A DNA stretch of 64,000 bases, taken from Octopus vulgaris. Lineage: Eukaryota. Under the pieces are notes generated by a model. It saw nothing but the letters and a program-made list of their open reading frames with translations. It was not told the origin of the DNA and ran no database searches. Positions 10,846 through 25,404 of the stretch are shown in pieces (position 1 is the first letter of the stretch; every line of letters begins with the position of its first letter). The position numbers and the translations under genes were made by a program. The DNA is taken from assembly GCA_951406725.2 (NCBI GenBank), contig OX597819.1, positions 67,642,001 to 67,706,000 on the forward strand, in the 5' to 3' direction.

Positions 10846-11282
10846 TATAGCTTTTATTTGCTCTACCATTGAAGGTGCAAAGTACAAATATACACCTGAA
10901 AGTTAATGGTTTTGCTGTATATTCTTCCCAATATGCGCTGATGTTTCGGATGTTGTATTTTATTAGTTCGATAGGTGCTGCAAATACGGTGTGAGCTAAA
11001 GAATTATTACACGTGTTATTTTGTTACTGATAACATTCGTTCTTGAAATGGAGAATCGAATTTGTCATTTGACTGATCTTACATCTAGAATGTGAAAGCT
11101 GAATTTGTAGCGGTGCGGCAGAATATATTCAGACGTACCGTCGTTGTCGGTTACCATCATTTTGGTAACTGGAATCTTTATCTAAAAACCGGACACGAGA
11201 AACTTGCCTCACGATTATGGCATTGAGCGTTTAACTGCTTTTGTGTTGGACAGACAAATGGACAAATAGATAGATAGGTAGT

Positions 11283-11354
<72 letters not shown>

Positions 11355-11489
11355 GAGGGTGAGACAGAATGTGTGTGTGCGTGTGGGGCAACTTGGAGGA
11401 TTGCGTGTATGTGCGTATGTGTTTATGTGTGTGTGCTTGAGTGCATGCGTCTGGGATTTTGTGTATTTTCAATGAACTACTATAGTGTG

Positions 11490-12700
11490 TTGTCAGAACA
11501 TATTCACGTTTGTTTTTAACAAAACTCCAGCCAGAGATGTTATGTCCTTCATTTTCTACAATGCTCTTCCATCTATCTGGGAGACTTGCAAGTCCCTCTT
11601 CTAAGGCACCTCTTCCGTGAAGAAAAATACTCCTCCAGTACTGTTCTGAACTCGTCTATAGGATTCATATTTTTCCGTCCAAATTGTTTTAAAGACTACG
11701 GAATAAATGATCATCGGATGGGGAAATGTCCGGCGAATATGTTGGGTGTAGCATCGTTTCCCATTCTAATTACTCCAGCATTTGGAATGTAATCCTCGCT
11801 GTATGTGGTCGAGCAGTATTCTCACGGAAGAATACCTTTCGTCTTGAAATCAAAGATGGTCGTTTTTCTTCGAGTGCTAACTTAAACTGCTCTAAATGCT
11901 CGCAGTAGATCTCCCGTATTTGGTTTGTGTTTAAGAGTTCAAAGTTGACTAAACCTTTCATATCCACCAAACAGATAGCAACACCTTACGTGGATGAAGA
12001 CCTTCTTTAGCCTGGGACGCTGGTATTTTTCATATCCTTACCGACTGTCTTCGGCACTTGACATTTTTATAGAGAACCCATTTCTGCTCACCAGTCACTA
12101 TTCGGTCCTAAAAAGGTTCATTCGAGAAACGTGACAGCAAATAAGAGCACATATTCACACTCTGCGCGTGATTAGCCTCAGAGAGTTTGTGAGGAATCCA
12201 TTGACCCAAATTTCGGACGCTTTTGGTGGCACGAAAGTGTCAATGAATGGTTGAATTATAAAATCCAAGCTTCTCTGTTAGGTCTTCAACAGTTACGATG
12301 GGATTTTATTCCACCAGGGTTTGCAGGACGTCCTCGTCGATATCTACAGGTCTTCCAGGACGACGCTCGTCTCCTAGGCTATGGTTTCTGGAACCACTGA
12401 TGAGACTGGCTTCCGCTTATTGTCTGTTCCCCTTATACTGCATTAATATTCCTTGCACTTTCCGTTGCGCTGTTACTTTTATTGAACTCATAAATGAAAA
12501 TCTGCCAAACATGCTCCTTTTTCATTTCCATTATAGCTTTGAAATAGAACAGAGAAAATCGAACTGCACTCTTCAAAACTTGCACTAAGAATAAGTACAA
12601 GGTATAATTACTACTTACTTTTACATAAAGTTGATGCAGGTAGTTTATCCCATCCCCCTGCGACTTTTAGTTAATGCAATTAAAAAACCCATTGCATATG
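11490..12700 (-). mobile_element. Degenerate mariner DNA transposon
   Basis: Minus-strand motifs GQWIPHKL (~12190), IVTGEQKWVLY (~12085), ENTARPH, HPTYSPDISPSDDHLF (~11700-11748); frameshifted. Confidence 0.8.
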
Positions 12701-14007
12701 GGTTGCTTTTATTACATAAGATAGTTTAAGCAGGATTTTAGCCACACCTTATGTATACAGAGGCACCTATCATATGTTGTCAGGATAATTACTTGTAAAT
12801 TATTAGTTAGAAACCGGTTTAATAAGTGTTTGTTTTGCAAATGTACATCATGAATGTATGCCTACAAGTAATTGTGTTTGTGTGTCTGAATATATATATA
12901 TAGGTGTGAGTGAGTGTGTGTTTACATATGTATATGTATGTACGTATATATATATGAACATATGTGTATATATATATGCGTGAGTGTGCGTGTTTGTTAG
13001 TGTGTGTGTGAGAGAGAGAGAGAGAGAACTTGTTAAATATTTGGTTACAGTAAAGTTCGAGACGCAGTTTGTAGCTTCTAAGCATTGTTGGATGATTTCA
13101 CATCAACGACGTGATTAAATATTTTCATTACCAACTACATGAGTATCATCATCATCAGAATCGACATCATTATTACCACTGAGTCCAACACTTAGTACCT
13201 CTGGCCAATATCACCGTCATAGATGATGTAGTGTTTGCCGCTAACGCTGTCAGCTCACCAAACCTCAATATCCTATTCCTTCAACTTCTCATCCTCTTAC
13301 ATATTTTCATCACCTTCATCAATTTTATGAAGCAACTACAGAACCAATCTTATATTATTAATGATATAAAATGCCGAAAGTCTTCTTCTAAGATCTAACT
13401 GATTTTACACTCCGGTCACTACCTGAAAATACTGATAGATTTAATCATATCACGGGGATTTTCATTTGTAAATCGCTGAGAAACAAATGATAAAACTGAT
13501 TATTTATTAAATATTTCTGGATTGGCTATCTAAATAATTAAATCTCTTTTTTTTAAATTGCGTTGTTCTTAATGTTAGCAAACGCTTTAGCTGCAGATAC
13601 AATAAAGGGATTATCACGAATTTAAACTGAAATTCTCTATAGAAATAAAGTTATATGGAAAGAACAGTCCTCATTTCTGACAGATGAAGAGAGTTATTCA
13701 TGTTGACTGTGTTATTATATCAAACACGCCCATGGAAAATGCAAAAAAAGACGATATATTCATGTAAGCGGAAAAATTGAGAAAGCAAATACAAGTGGAT
13801 TTTACAAACATCATCGTCAGTTCTATAAATCTTCTCTCGTTCTCATGGTATTATTCATATAACATTTTCTGCTACATTATACGAAAATATGGTATTTCTA
13901 CTGAAAATACCTAAAGTTACAAAGACTCACGATATGAAATTATAAATCTATTTATTTAAACATTTCATGTAATATTGCAGTTTCCTATCAGTCATTATTT
14001 TCTCTAA

Positions 14008-14976
14008 ATGGAACGAAATCGAAATAACCAATATGCAATGCACAATATTACTCTGATAGTCAACGATTCAACTCCTGGTATAATTAATGCTATACGGTAT
14101 AGTTCTATATTTTTATTAACATTAGGAACTTTTTGCAATTTAGCTGTAATTGTAACTTTTTGCAGGAAAGAACTGCGTCACTCAAAGCTGACTCCATATT
14201 TCATTTGCCTCGCTTTTGTGGATTTAACCATAATCTGGATGCATTTTCCAAAACATATATCGTTTACTTATAATTTTCAAACTTTAAATGGTGACAGAAT
14301 ATTATTTCAATATTCAGTTGTAGAAGGAATTAAATATTGTCTAAGTATGTTCTCCTCTTGGTTAAATGTAGTCATATCCATGGAACGAATGCTGGCTGTT
14401 TATTGTCCGTTTTTCCGGCTTCAATCGTCCACAAAATACAAACCTTATATGTTGATGTTGCTTACTCTCATTGGTGTGTCTGTAACGCACATACTAACTA
14501 CTATATTGTTTAAGGATGGAAAACATAGATTACGCATTTCAGTCTTTGTATATTCATTCTTACCAGGACTGTTTATATTTGCCAGTTCTGTTGGTATAAT
14601 TTATAAGATACTTGTACGACCGAAACTCGGCCAACAGTTTCAACGCAATCTAACAACGAGATCCAGAAATACCGTTCGCATTGTGGTATCTATTAATATC
14701 CTGTTTCTTCTAACTACATTTCCCGCATGCATCTGTGGTTTTGTGTTATCGAACACACACCCAGTGTATCCTAAAAGGATATCCATCATAATTCTTTTGA
14801 ATACCGTGGCTCTGAGTAATAACTGCATGAACTTCGTTTGCTATATTATTACAAGTAAAGTATATCGAGATAATTTCAAAAACATTTGTTCACGAAAAGC
14901 AGTAGTGAAAACGAACACCACATTAACGTTGAAAGAACGTGCCTCTAAAAAAATATATATATCGTCAGATGACTAA
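14008..14976 (+). CDS. Intronless rhodopsin-class GPCR (FMRFamide-receptor/Srw-like group; putative chemoreceptor), 322 aa
   Basis: Seven hydrophobic segments; GTFCN (TM1), LAFVDL (TM2), ISMERMLAVYCP (E/DRY), YSFLP (TM5), FLLTTFP (TM6), NNCMNFVCY (TM7), SKVYR helix 8; N-terminal sequons NIT and NDS. Confidence 0.92.
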   Translation: MERNRNNQYAMHNITLIVNDSTPGIINAIRYSSIFLLTLGTFCNLAVIVTFCRKELRHSKLTPYFICLAFVDLTIIWMHFPKHISFTYNFQTLNGDRILFQYSVVEGIKYCLSMFSSWLNVVISMERMLAVYCPFFRLQSSTKYKPYMLMLLTLIGVSVTHILTTILFKDGKHRLRISVFVYSFLPGLFIFASSVGIIYKILVRPKLGQQFQRNLTTRSRNTVRIVVSINILFLLTTFPACICGFVLSNTHPVYPKRISIIILLNTVALSNNCMNFVCYIITSKVYRDNFKNICSRKAVVKTNTTLTLKERASKKIYISSDD

Positions 14977-15901
14977 GTATATGGATTCACAAATATATCA
15001 ACATATATTTCTATAATCCTCAACCTATTCCAGTGAATGTATACATAAATATATAATGCCCATACAAATTCACACACATACACACGGGAGAGCTTGCACA
15101 TACTTTTATTGCATATATGTCTATTAATTTATCACTCTCCATACCTTTATCTTTTGTATAGGTTTTAATGAACGTAAATATATCCAATTATCGAATATAT
15201 ATTCCCGTAAACATACGTATGTCCGTAAATGTATATTAACATATATTTAAATGTATTTCTAAATGTATATGAATAATTAAATAAATATATGCTTATTTAT
15301 TGTGCGCGTATATGAATATACATTTGTCTAAGTCTGCATATTCCGGGCGGTAGGTCCTTTCTCAAACCTTATTGCATTAGTCAAGTTCTGCGCGCGCGCG
15401 CGTGTGTGTCTGTGTGTGGCTGCGAATGTAATAATTTCTATGTATGCAAATACCTTAAAAAACTACACGCTTCACTTTAATGGCTGCGAAGAAGTTATGA
15501 AATAAATGATTCTGCGCTGAAACTCTGCAGAAATAGGTGATAGTTAATGAAATACAATATGTAAATCGTGTTCGTGTGTTATACAAATATATATATGTAT
15601 GTATATGTATGCAAATGTATATGTATATATATATATATATATAATTTTTTATAAAATTAAATTTAGGGTAAAAATTGATATTTATCAATTAGAACCAGTG
15701 GTCTAGCATATTAAAGAAAGAATCCGAAGATTAAAATATTTATATATACCAATTAAGGACTGAACACGAAAAGTGGACAGTCAACATGCTAGATATAGAC
15801 GTCAAATCGCCATTCTCCACAAAAAGTCTATGTTCTCAGATCAAACTCAACACAAAACCAAAGCAATAAACAAGTGAAAAATATACGAAATAAATATTTA
15901 C

Positions 15902-15967
15902 CCATGTACTAAATTTAGTTTCGGCTGTTATTTTCCGCAAGGAAAAGTGCAGCCATCATCAGCATGG
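15902..15967 (-). ncRNA. Type I hammerhead ribozyme (inverted copy)
   Basis: Reverse complement of 16028-16093, with palindromic ctaaatttag in helix III. Confidence 0.8.
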
Positions 15968-16027
15968 TCCCATATAAAATGTAATTTGCTGGGACCATGC
16001 TGATCATGGCTGCACTTTTATATGGGA

Positions 16028-16093
16028 CCATGCTGATGATGGCTGCACTTTTCCTTGCGAAAAATAACAGCCGAAACTATATTTAGTACATGG
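16028..16093 (+). ncRNA. Type I hammerhead ribozyme
   Basis: ccatg-CTGATGA-t-ggctg...cagcc-GAAA-cta-tatt-tag-TA-catgg. Confidence 0.82.
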
Positions 16094-16310
16094 GTAAATA
16101 TTTATTTCGTATAATTTTCACTTGTTTATTGCTTTGGTTTTGTGTTGAGTTTGATCTGAGAACATAGACTTTTTGTGGAGAATGGCGATTTGACGTCTAT
16201 ATCTCAGTATATATATACTATATATATATATATATATATATATACATAATACATAATATATATATATATGTATCAATCACATAATAATATATATATATAT
16301 ATATATATAT

Positions 16311-16360
<50 letters not shown>

Positions 16361-16654
16361 ATTAATACATTCACACACATATATATAGCAACTGAGGAAA
16401 ACAAAAAATGGGGTTTTCAAGAATCTTTATTCAACACACGGTCGTTTCAACCCGCACTACATCTGTCCCTTGTGGGTGGGGTATATTATAGAGGGAGTTG
16501 TGTTGCATCTACCAGTACGCAAGGGACAGATGAATGATGTACTGAAAAGATCACATGTTGGATTAAGCATTTTGAGAGCTCCAATTTCTATTTCCCTCAT
16601 TTATTAAAAACTCAAAGAACACCTCGTAATTCATGACTTTTTCTTTTATTCTTA

Positions 16655-17310
<656 letters not shown>

Positions 17311-17420
17311 TAGAAACAACAACACTTATAGCATGAACGTGAATGATATCAGGCAAACTACACTTTGATAATACTTTAATTGGCATACTATTAATCATAT
17401 AGACAATTTCCAAATATTGC

Positions 17421-17496
<76 letters not shown>

Positions 17497-18048
17497 TATA
17501 GTTGAAATTTTCAGAAAAACGAAGACGAAGACAGGTGTATGAACAACAAGCAGGTGTATTAGTTTGACGCTCGGGAAAGAAAGTCCTTTACGTTTCGTGC
17601 CTACGCTCTTCAAGTCAGAATATACGGTTTGGAGTAATGCGGTAGTACTCATAAAAAATGCTCCCTAACGTATCATTCTACAAAATATATAGAATATATA
17701 TTAAGATAAAAGCGAAAAGGTTTAGGGGCACATAAGGACATGTATGACAAAGAAGTGATTTCATGAACCTTTATTTCACAATCAGAAACTTCTAATATAG
17801 CAACAAATTGATTCATAACTTAACACAAGCAAATAATTTTTATTATATTAAATGATAAATAAATTATTTGCAACCGTGTAGTAATGCATTAAATTTTGCA
17901 TTATTTTGAAGAATATTTTGTATTTTGCAATAATGCAGGCGTGTAATTAATTAATTAATTAATTTACAATTAAATATAATAATATCAATTATTTACTGGT
18001 TTTTAAGTTACGAAACAATTTGTCGTCATATTAGTATTTGCTTACTGC

Positions 18049-18088
<40 letters not shown>

Positions 18089-18089
18089 T

Positions 18090-18194
<105 letters not shown>

Positions 18195-18328
18195 CATAGT
18201 TATGGATATTGTTATGTGCATATGGAGCAGAAGCAACAGTGAGCCTGAAGGTCTGATGCTTTGATACTTTTGTGCGTTGCGTAGACACACACACCAACAC
18301 ACACACACACACACGCACACACACACAA

Positions 18329-18361
<33 letters not shown>

Positions 18362-18363
<2 letters not shown>

Positions 18364-18520
18364 ACGGGCTTCTTTCAGTTTCCGTCTACCAGATCCGTTT
18401 AAAAGACTTTGGTCGGCCCGAGGCTATAGAAGAAGACACTTGACGAAGGGGCTACGCAGTAGGACTGAACGCGGAACCATGTGTTGGAGAAGTAAGCTTC
18501 TTACCATACAGCTACTCCTT
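18362..18520 (-). mobile_element. 5' half of SINE family B
   Basis: cgggcttctttcagtttccgtctacc...gactgaacgcggaaccatgtg...taccatacagctactcct. Confidence 0.75.
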
Positions 18521-18547
18521 CGTAATAGCGTGTAATTCAATTACTTG

Positions 18548-18630
18548 TTCGTTACTTCAACGACAAAATCTCGGACAATAGATACAATACAATGTCTCAG
18601 CACCGAGAATTCAAACAATTTGCGTTGAAT
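18548..18630 (+). pseudogene. GPCR fragment (ICL3 to start of TM6)
   Basis: Reads LLQRQNLGQ*IQYNVSAPRIQTICV versus LLQRPNLNEQIQRNISTRRRTTIHV in the 35055 gene. Confidence 0.6.
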
Positions 18631-19479
18631 TTTCCACATATGTGTAACATTCGCCATATAAACATTTAAGCGAGATCTTATTAGTGTCTTCCAGGTTCTT
18701 AAATATACTGATGTAAATAAATGTAATCGCCTTTTAGGACATTGGTCCTAAAATACATAGAAAGTTGTATGTATACGTAATTCGTAATGGATTGAACAAA
18801 TACAGTCGAATGAATATGTTGGTAGTTGTAATATGGGGCACATATAATATTATCCTTTTTACAACAATTGTAAATTAGCATTGTTTCAAATTTATAAACC
18901 GAAAATTTGATATATAAAAGTTATACAGAAACAAAAATATGGATATTTTGTACCAGTTTAGACGGTCATTATATTAAATTAATCTAAATTTCAAGACGCC
19001 CACAACATGATTATTTGCACGAAATTTTACATCGCGTGCCTAGCTTTTCGTTCGCTTCGTTGTAGTTCGAAGAGACACATTACAACATTTCTCCTAATTA
19101 TCCAAATCATCATAATCCTATTTTACATATTTAAACATTGATTCGTGGCAATTATGTTCCTGATGTTCTTTAAATGTTTTCGTTGTTTTAATATATGAAG
19201 TTATCAAAAGAATGAACCACACGCAAGATGGCAGAATCTGTAAACAAAAACGTTTTACGCTTCTTTTCTACTTCCTCTTGTCCACATTTTCTATAATAAC
19301 TTAGTATGAACGAACTCTTAGTAATCTCTATCTTTTAACATTCTTCGCCGATCATGTTTGATATTATCCACACCCGTCACTGAATTTTGTGCACATTTAA
19401 TCCTTTACACACATTTTCCACTTCTCAATTGATAGATATATAGGGTATTTAGTAACTTTTCAACATCCACATTTATAGA

Positions 19480-20135
19480 TATATAGGGTAGCTCAAAATT
19501 CACCAAGACACTTTAACCTATAATAGCGTTTTTGCAATTAACGTTTTCAAATCTTTTGTTTCAGATTTTTGACATGTAATTCTTGGAAGGTAATCAGAGA
19601 AAAATTCACGACAGAGTAACAAGAAAAAAAATAACTAAATTTTTCTATCGATTGTGCAAAACCAAGCCTCTACCTAAACAAATGACTCCTAACTTATTCT
19701 AGCAGCTTGGACAACTGCGAACTATGATTGAAGTACCAGGTGTGGGAAGGCCATATTCGCGGAGGTCTCAGGACAATATTTAGCATATAAAGAGCCTTTA
19801 ACATTAACCCGAAGGCAGTACCAGCAGCTGGGCATATCTCGAAGCTCACTATAGAAGATTTAAAGGATACTATATTCATTCCTATATTTCCTGTGGAATT
19901 ATTTGAAAGACAATGTATACAATAACAAACCTGGAATCGTCCAGAAATTTAAGGCGAAAAAATTGTAGGATTAATTAAAAAACACTACAGATAAAATACT
20001 CTTTAGAAAGAGCTCGCCGTTTTCAAGAAAGAAATGCTGGCTATTTGAAAGGACATAATTTTTAAAACTAGTTTAAAATGCTTACCAAGAAGTAACCTTA
20101 TTTTAATCACCAGATTTGTCGTATTGAGCCATACG
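19480..20135 (+). mobile_element. Highly degenerate Tc1/mariner-superfamily remnant
   Basis: ~19890-19960 reads LWNYLKDNVYNNKPG, resembling the WGYLK..VY..KP C-terminal transposase motif. Confidence 0.4.
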
Positions 20136-22898
20136 GGCAAATATCGGACAACAAATTCAAAACACCATCTCAATGTTCAGAAGAACCATAATTTGTGTTG
20201 TGATGGCAAATGGATGATATATTTCTGCGGGCAACATTTCCGACTTCGATATATTACTGTATAAGAACGCAAGAAGTACTTTACATAAATTTCGACACTC
20301 TTTCGTCTCTTGCGTTTTTCTGCCCTCATTAATCACTGTCTGAACTTCAATTGCTATATGATTTACAAGTAGAGAGTTTCCCGAAAGTTACAGAAACATA
20401 TGTTTTCGAAAACCCACATTCGTGAGACAGACTGTATACAGATTGCATCAAAAAACCAATAACACGATATTTTATAAATTAAAGATACAGTATTTCCATC
20501 TACATATGTATTTGTTTCTTTCACTCACAATTGAAATCTCAGTTTATATAAGCGTGTATATTTCTATACCTTGGATGGCATGTACTTGCTTTTGTTCTTA
20601 TCTATCTATCTTTATATATATATATATGTACACACGCGCCGCAAACACACATATAATTATATCGATCTGTCATTATGTTTGTCTAGATATCTACCTACCT
20701 ATTAATGTACTTCTACGTTCTCTATAGAATCTTTCATATTATGTGTTGACTCTTCATAATTAACAAAGTAAGTCGCAATGATGATGATGGTGATGATGAT
20801 GACGGTGATGATGTTCGTAATGATGATGATGATGATGATATAGATATTGTCATAGCATATTAGTAACACCATTAACATGGTCAACATGTTCATATTGGCA
20901 TAGTATATAACAATGTTGGCATATAACAAAGATTCACAGAAAGAAAGAATAGGAGACACACTATTATCACATTAAGTAGGCAATTATTCACGATGTTGAA
21001 AGGAAGTTAAACAGGATTCTTAATTAACTTGTGCATATAACTATGTATATCTGTTTACCTATATATTTATAATCGTAGATAAAGAGATAGAAACATGACA
21101 GATTGCTCCAGTTTCATGATTTTTGCAGTTGCTATACAATTGATGGCAATAATCTTATAACAAAATTCAGTATTCAGGCTTGTATTATTCTGCTGTTTCA
21201 TTTCATAGTGGAAATTATGCATCTGCTGAAACTTCAAATGATTTAAGACCGCTTAATCCTATTCTTCTGTTGTATAAAAACTATGCGGCATTTTTATCAG
21301 ATATTACTTGTTTTGTGTAACCAATTTAATAATGAGACAGAAGTTTTATTAGAACTCTGTTTTACTGCTATTATTCATTCGTTCAATTGTTCTCTATAAT
21401 ATTCCTTTTTAAAATAAATTATTGGTTGAGAAATTTATTGAAAATTATATACCCATTGATGTCAGAATAATTAAAATTATGTTAACAATAGTTAACATAA
21501 TTTTATTTCAAAATATGATTGCGATTTTCATTTCTAGATGGAATATATATGGCCCAAACCTCGTGGATCGATTGCTAAATAAATTGCAAGTGGGATTGTA
21601 TCTGTTATATAGAGTGAACTGAAATAAAATAGATATACTTGGAGAAAGTAGGGAGAAATGTGATGAAGGAAGAGAAATTATCGGGAGAAATCATCAGGAG
21701 AAAATTGTTGTGTAACATAAAATCAACGAATGAAGTTTTGACAATATAATGAGCAAAAGATTGTTATGCTCACAAAAACAAAATTAATGTATAGATAAAT
21801 ATATACATGCATATATAAATGAGATATGGAGGAAATTTAGATGCTTTTCTGCCATCTAACATCTTACCAACCACAGCTAAGTTACAGGAAGACTTGACTG
21901 TTAGCATACACTAGAGAGAGAATAGTAGAAATGTGCACATTATTTTTAATTGGATATTGGAGTGTTATACATGCTCATGTTAAAGTATGTATTTCACAAT
22001 AATAGTGATGAAATATTTAATGGTAAATGAATTTTTTTAGCAAATGTATATATATATATATATATATAAGCTAGATAGATAGATATAGATATAGATATAG
22101 ATATAGATATAGACGTAGACATATACATATATACATATTTCTCTCACTGCATTTTCACTCTTTATATCCTCTCCTTGTTTCTTTCTGTCTTCTTTTCTGT
22201 GGAAGAGAGTAGGCTCGAAACTTTAAAGACTTTTTCACTTCCCGCGCGTTATACTAATACATCTGTTTGTTGTCTACACCACCTGTCTTCGTCTTTTGAT
22301 TTCTTTTTTCGTGAATTATCCCCATACATACATACAAAGATACATACATATGTACATAAAAACATACAATCAAACATACAAGCGTAATACATATATCGAT
22401 ACTTCTGCATCCTTTTGTGAACATCAAAGTCTAACAGAACCACTTTTTTTATACAGGCACTGCTATGACACAGCTGACAATTAATGACCACCTTCCAAAT
22501 GTAAATAGACCATACTCTAAATAACAAGTAAAAAAAAAACTTACCAGCTAAAAGACATCAGCTATATACATCATTTTGAGAACCCTAAACAATTGCATTA
22601 CAAAATCTTTCGCACAATATATATTTTTCGAACAAGTATCAGAATAAAAATTCATGAAAACATATCTTTGAAATATTTCTTTGAAGTCTGAATAATTAAG
22701 ATACTCATGGTCCAATTCTTTTTCACCATAGTGGAAATTATATTTCCGGTGACATTTCAAATAAGTTAAGAGTAATTCATCGTATTATTCTGTAATTTAT
22801 TCCCTTAGCACCCGGGGAACACTTTGCACCATTTTTTGGCATTTTCAAATGTTCAAGAATAATTCTGTGTAAATTTGCCACATGAAATACAGTGTATG

Positions 22899-23116
22899 TA
22901 CGAGTGTGTGGTGAAAAGTTCCTGGCTTTGGCTGTAAGGAAATACAGGAGGATCTGTTAATTATGGTTTTACCCAACATATTCCCCTCTCCGATTCACAC
23001 ATTTATTGCAGTGCTTCTTCAGTCTTTCTAATCACTGTAAATGAATTGAGAATGAGCCTCCAGCCAGGGCATTCGCGACACCCTTAAAACCAGGAACTTC
23101 TCAGCACCTCCTCATA
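22899..23116. mobile_element. Mariner-type MITE
   Basis: TIR-like ends tacgagtgtgtggtgaaaagttcctggctt and aaaccaggaacttctcagcacctcctcata; partial second copy at 60339-60490. Confidence 0.7.
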
Positions 23117-23526
23117 TCTATGTATTTATGTATGTACGTATTTATGCATGTATGTATGTATGTATGTATGTATGTATGTATGTATGTATTAATGCATGTA
23201 TACATGTATGTATAGTATGTGTATGTTGAACCAAAATATTACATCTCTCGAATGTAGAGGATAAATTCATAAAAGGTTGTTCGGGAAAAATCCTATTATA
23301 CATGGCATAATTGTACACGAATTATCATCGTAATGTACATAAGAGGAAATGGAAATGTTCAATTCTCCAACATAGAAAACTAGCTTAAGTACCAATGATA
23401 TAGACATTTTTACAATTCTAAATAGACGGTAAGTTTAGGGAACTTTCTCAGATGTGGACCTTTCAACAATTATAAATAACTAAACATTGATTTAGTCCAA
23501 AGACGTTTAATAATTCATTTGTTTAA

Positions 23527-23742
23527 GGCAGCGAGGTGGCATAAACGTTAGCACGCCAGGTGAAGTGCTTACCGGTATTTCGTCTGTCTTTACGTTCCGA
23601 GTTCAAATTCCGCCGAGCTCGACATTGCATTTCATCCTTTCAGGTTCGATAAATTAGTACCAGTTGCATAACGGGATCAATGTAATAGACTGCCTCCCTT
23701 CCCCCAAAAAACATTTCGGGTCTTGTGCCTAAAGTAGAAAAG
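23527..23742 (+). mobile_element. Full tRNA-derived SINE family A with 15-bp TSD
   Basis: A-box-like ggtggcataaacgttagc, B-box gagttcaaattcc; aattcatttgtttaa at 23512-23526 and 23743-23757; partial copy follows at 23758-23850. Confidence 0.85.
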
Positions 23743-23934
23743 AATTCATTTGTTTAAGGCGGTGAGCTGGCATAAACGTTAGCACGTCAGGTGAAATGCG
23801 TAGCCGTATTTCGTCTGCCCTACGTTTTGGGTTCAAATTCCGCCGAGATCGGAATAGATATCCTATATATCTTGTAGATTTGAACATAGTATGGATAATG
23901 CTTCATGATCTCTCTCTCTCTCTGTACATATATA

Positions 23935-25350
23935 TCTATATATATAAAACTCAACTTGTGTGTCTGTGTGTGTGTCTGTGTGTTTAACATCCCAGCACAT
24001 CTTCTCCTAGCCAACAAATCGTAGAACCACCAAAGATGGGTCACTTAAAGTTTAGGCGAATGAAAATTGAACTGCGCTATTTCTGTTCCGAAATTCATCT
24101 CGCAAGTACAAAAATCGATAATGTCTTTGTTTGGGCCTTATCCCATGCATTGAATAGTGAACTTTACTCAGTCAGCTGTTTGACGTGAACTGTGTTCACC
24201 ACGAGTGCAAGCATGCGTAAATTGCATGAAAAATAAAAAAATCAAGTTATAAAAACGAATCGCCGTAAGCATTGTAGAAATTCGGCAAAGAAAGGAATTT
24301 TCGGGAAGTAGCCTGGAGGGTATTTTCGTATTAATCTTTTGGACTTTGTGAACACATACCAATTGTTTTCATAACATTTTTAACGCTTTGAGGGTTTTTT
24401 CGTATTAATCTTTTGGACTTTGTGAACACATACCAATTGTTTTAATAACATTTTTAACGCTTTGAATTAAATCTGACCATTTTGCGTTGAGTCTGCAGTT
24501 TGAATAACTTTAACCAAATTTTAGCAGTTTTGATCATCACGATACATCGCCAGCGACTCCCTGAAACTCTCCCCTGAAATCCCCGTTGAGAAATCTATAT
24601 ATATAAAATTCAACTTGTGTGTCTGTGTGTGTATCTGCGTGTGTTTCTGTGTGTTTAACTTTTGGATCTACCAAGTTTCATTATTAAGAATGGAAAATAG
24701 TGTGTAGCAAATCTATATATATAAAGCTGAAATTGTCTGTGCGTGGCCGGTTTGGTAGCCTTCAACTAAAACTATCTCCTTCGAGACCCTGCAGCGCAAG
24801 TTCACCAAAATTGAGAGTATGATAGAAGGTTTGCTCTTTATTCTGTAGAAGATAAAATTCAAATCGAACCATGTTAACATCAAAAATTATTTACATTAAA
24901 AAGTTGCTTTTTTTCTATGAAAATCCCTATTTTTACGATTTTTGTGTTACCAATTTTCGGTGTATTTCAACTGGAAAAATGTTCTCTTGAAGAGAATAAC
25001 AAGTTGCATAATGCAAGATTTTTACTTTTCAAAAATTTCAATTCTAAAGGGTCGAAACAAACCCAAGCAACACCAAGAAGATTGCATAATGCACCCTTTA
25101 TTTCTTTGGAATGAAAACATGCTGTCTTCGAAACATGTGTCGAGAGTAAAGGAATTTTGTTAACATCTTCGTTCGACTCCATTCTTTCATTTATTCATAT
25201 ACAACACACAAATTTCTACACATGAACCCGGAGTTTCTACCCTTGACAGGTCGCTTCAACCGTGTTTTCTGACGTGAATTTGCTACCCAGGTTTCGGTTA
25301 AACGAATTTTCCATGCTGACGATAAACATAGGATAATTCATTCACCTACT
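23935..25350 (+). mobile_element. Three stacked Helitron-like non-autonomous elements
   Basis: TCTATATATATAAA starts at 23935, 24594 and 24712, each followed by a gtgtctgt-type tract; ~73-bp tandem duplication at ~24316-24464. Confidence 0.55.

Positions 25351-25399
<49 letters not shown>

Positions 25400-25404
<5 letters not shown>

Larger units (their letters stand above)
15791..16204. repeat. ~190-bp-arm inverted repeat (PLE-terminus-like) embedded in (TA)n
   Basis: 15791-15979 is the near-perfect reverse complement of 16016-16204; the spacer holds a partial third copy (gggaccatgctgatcatggctgcac). Confidence 0.9.
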
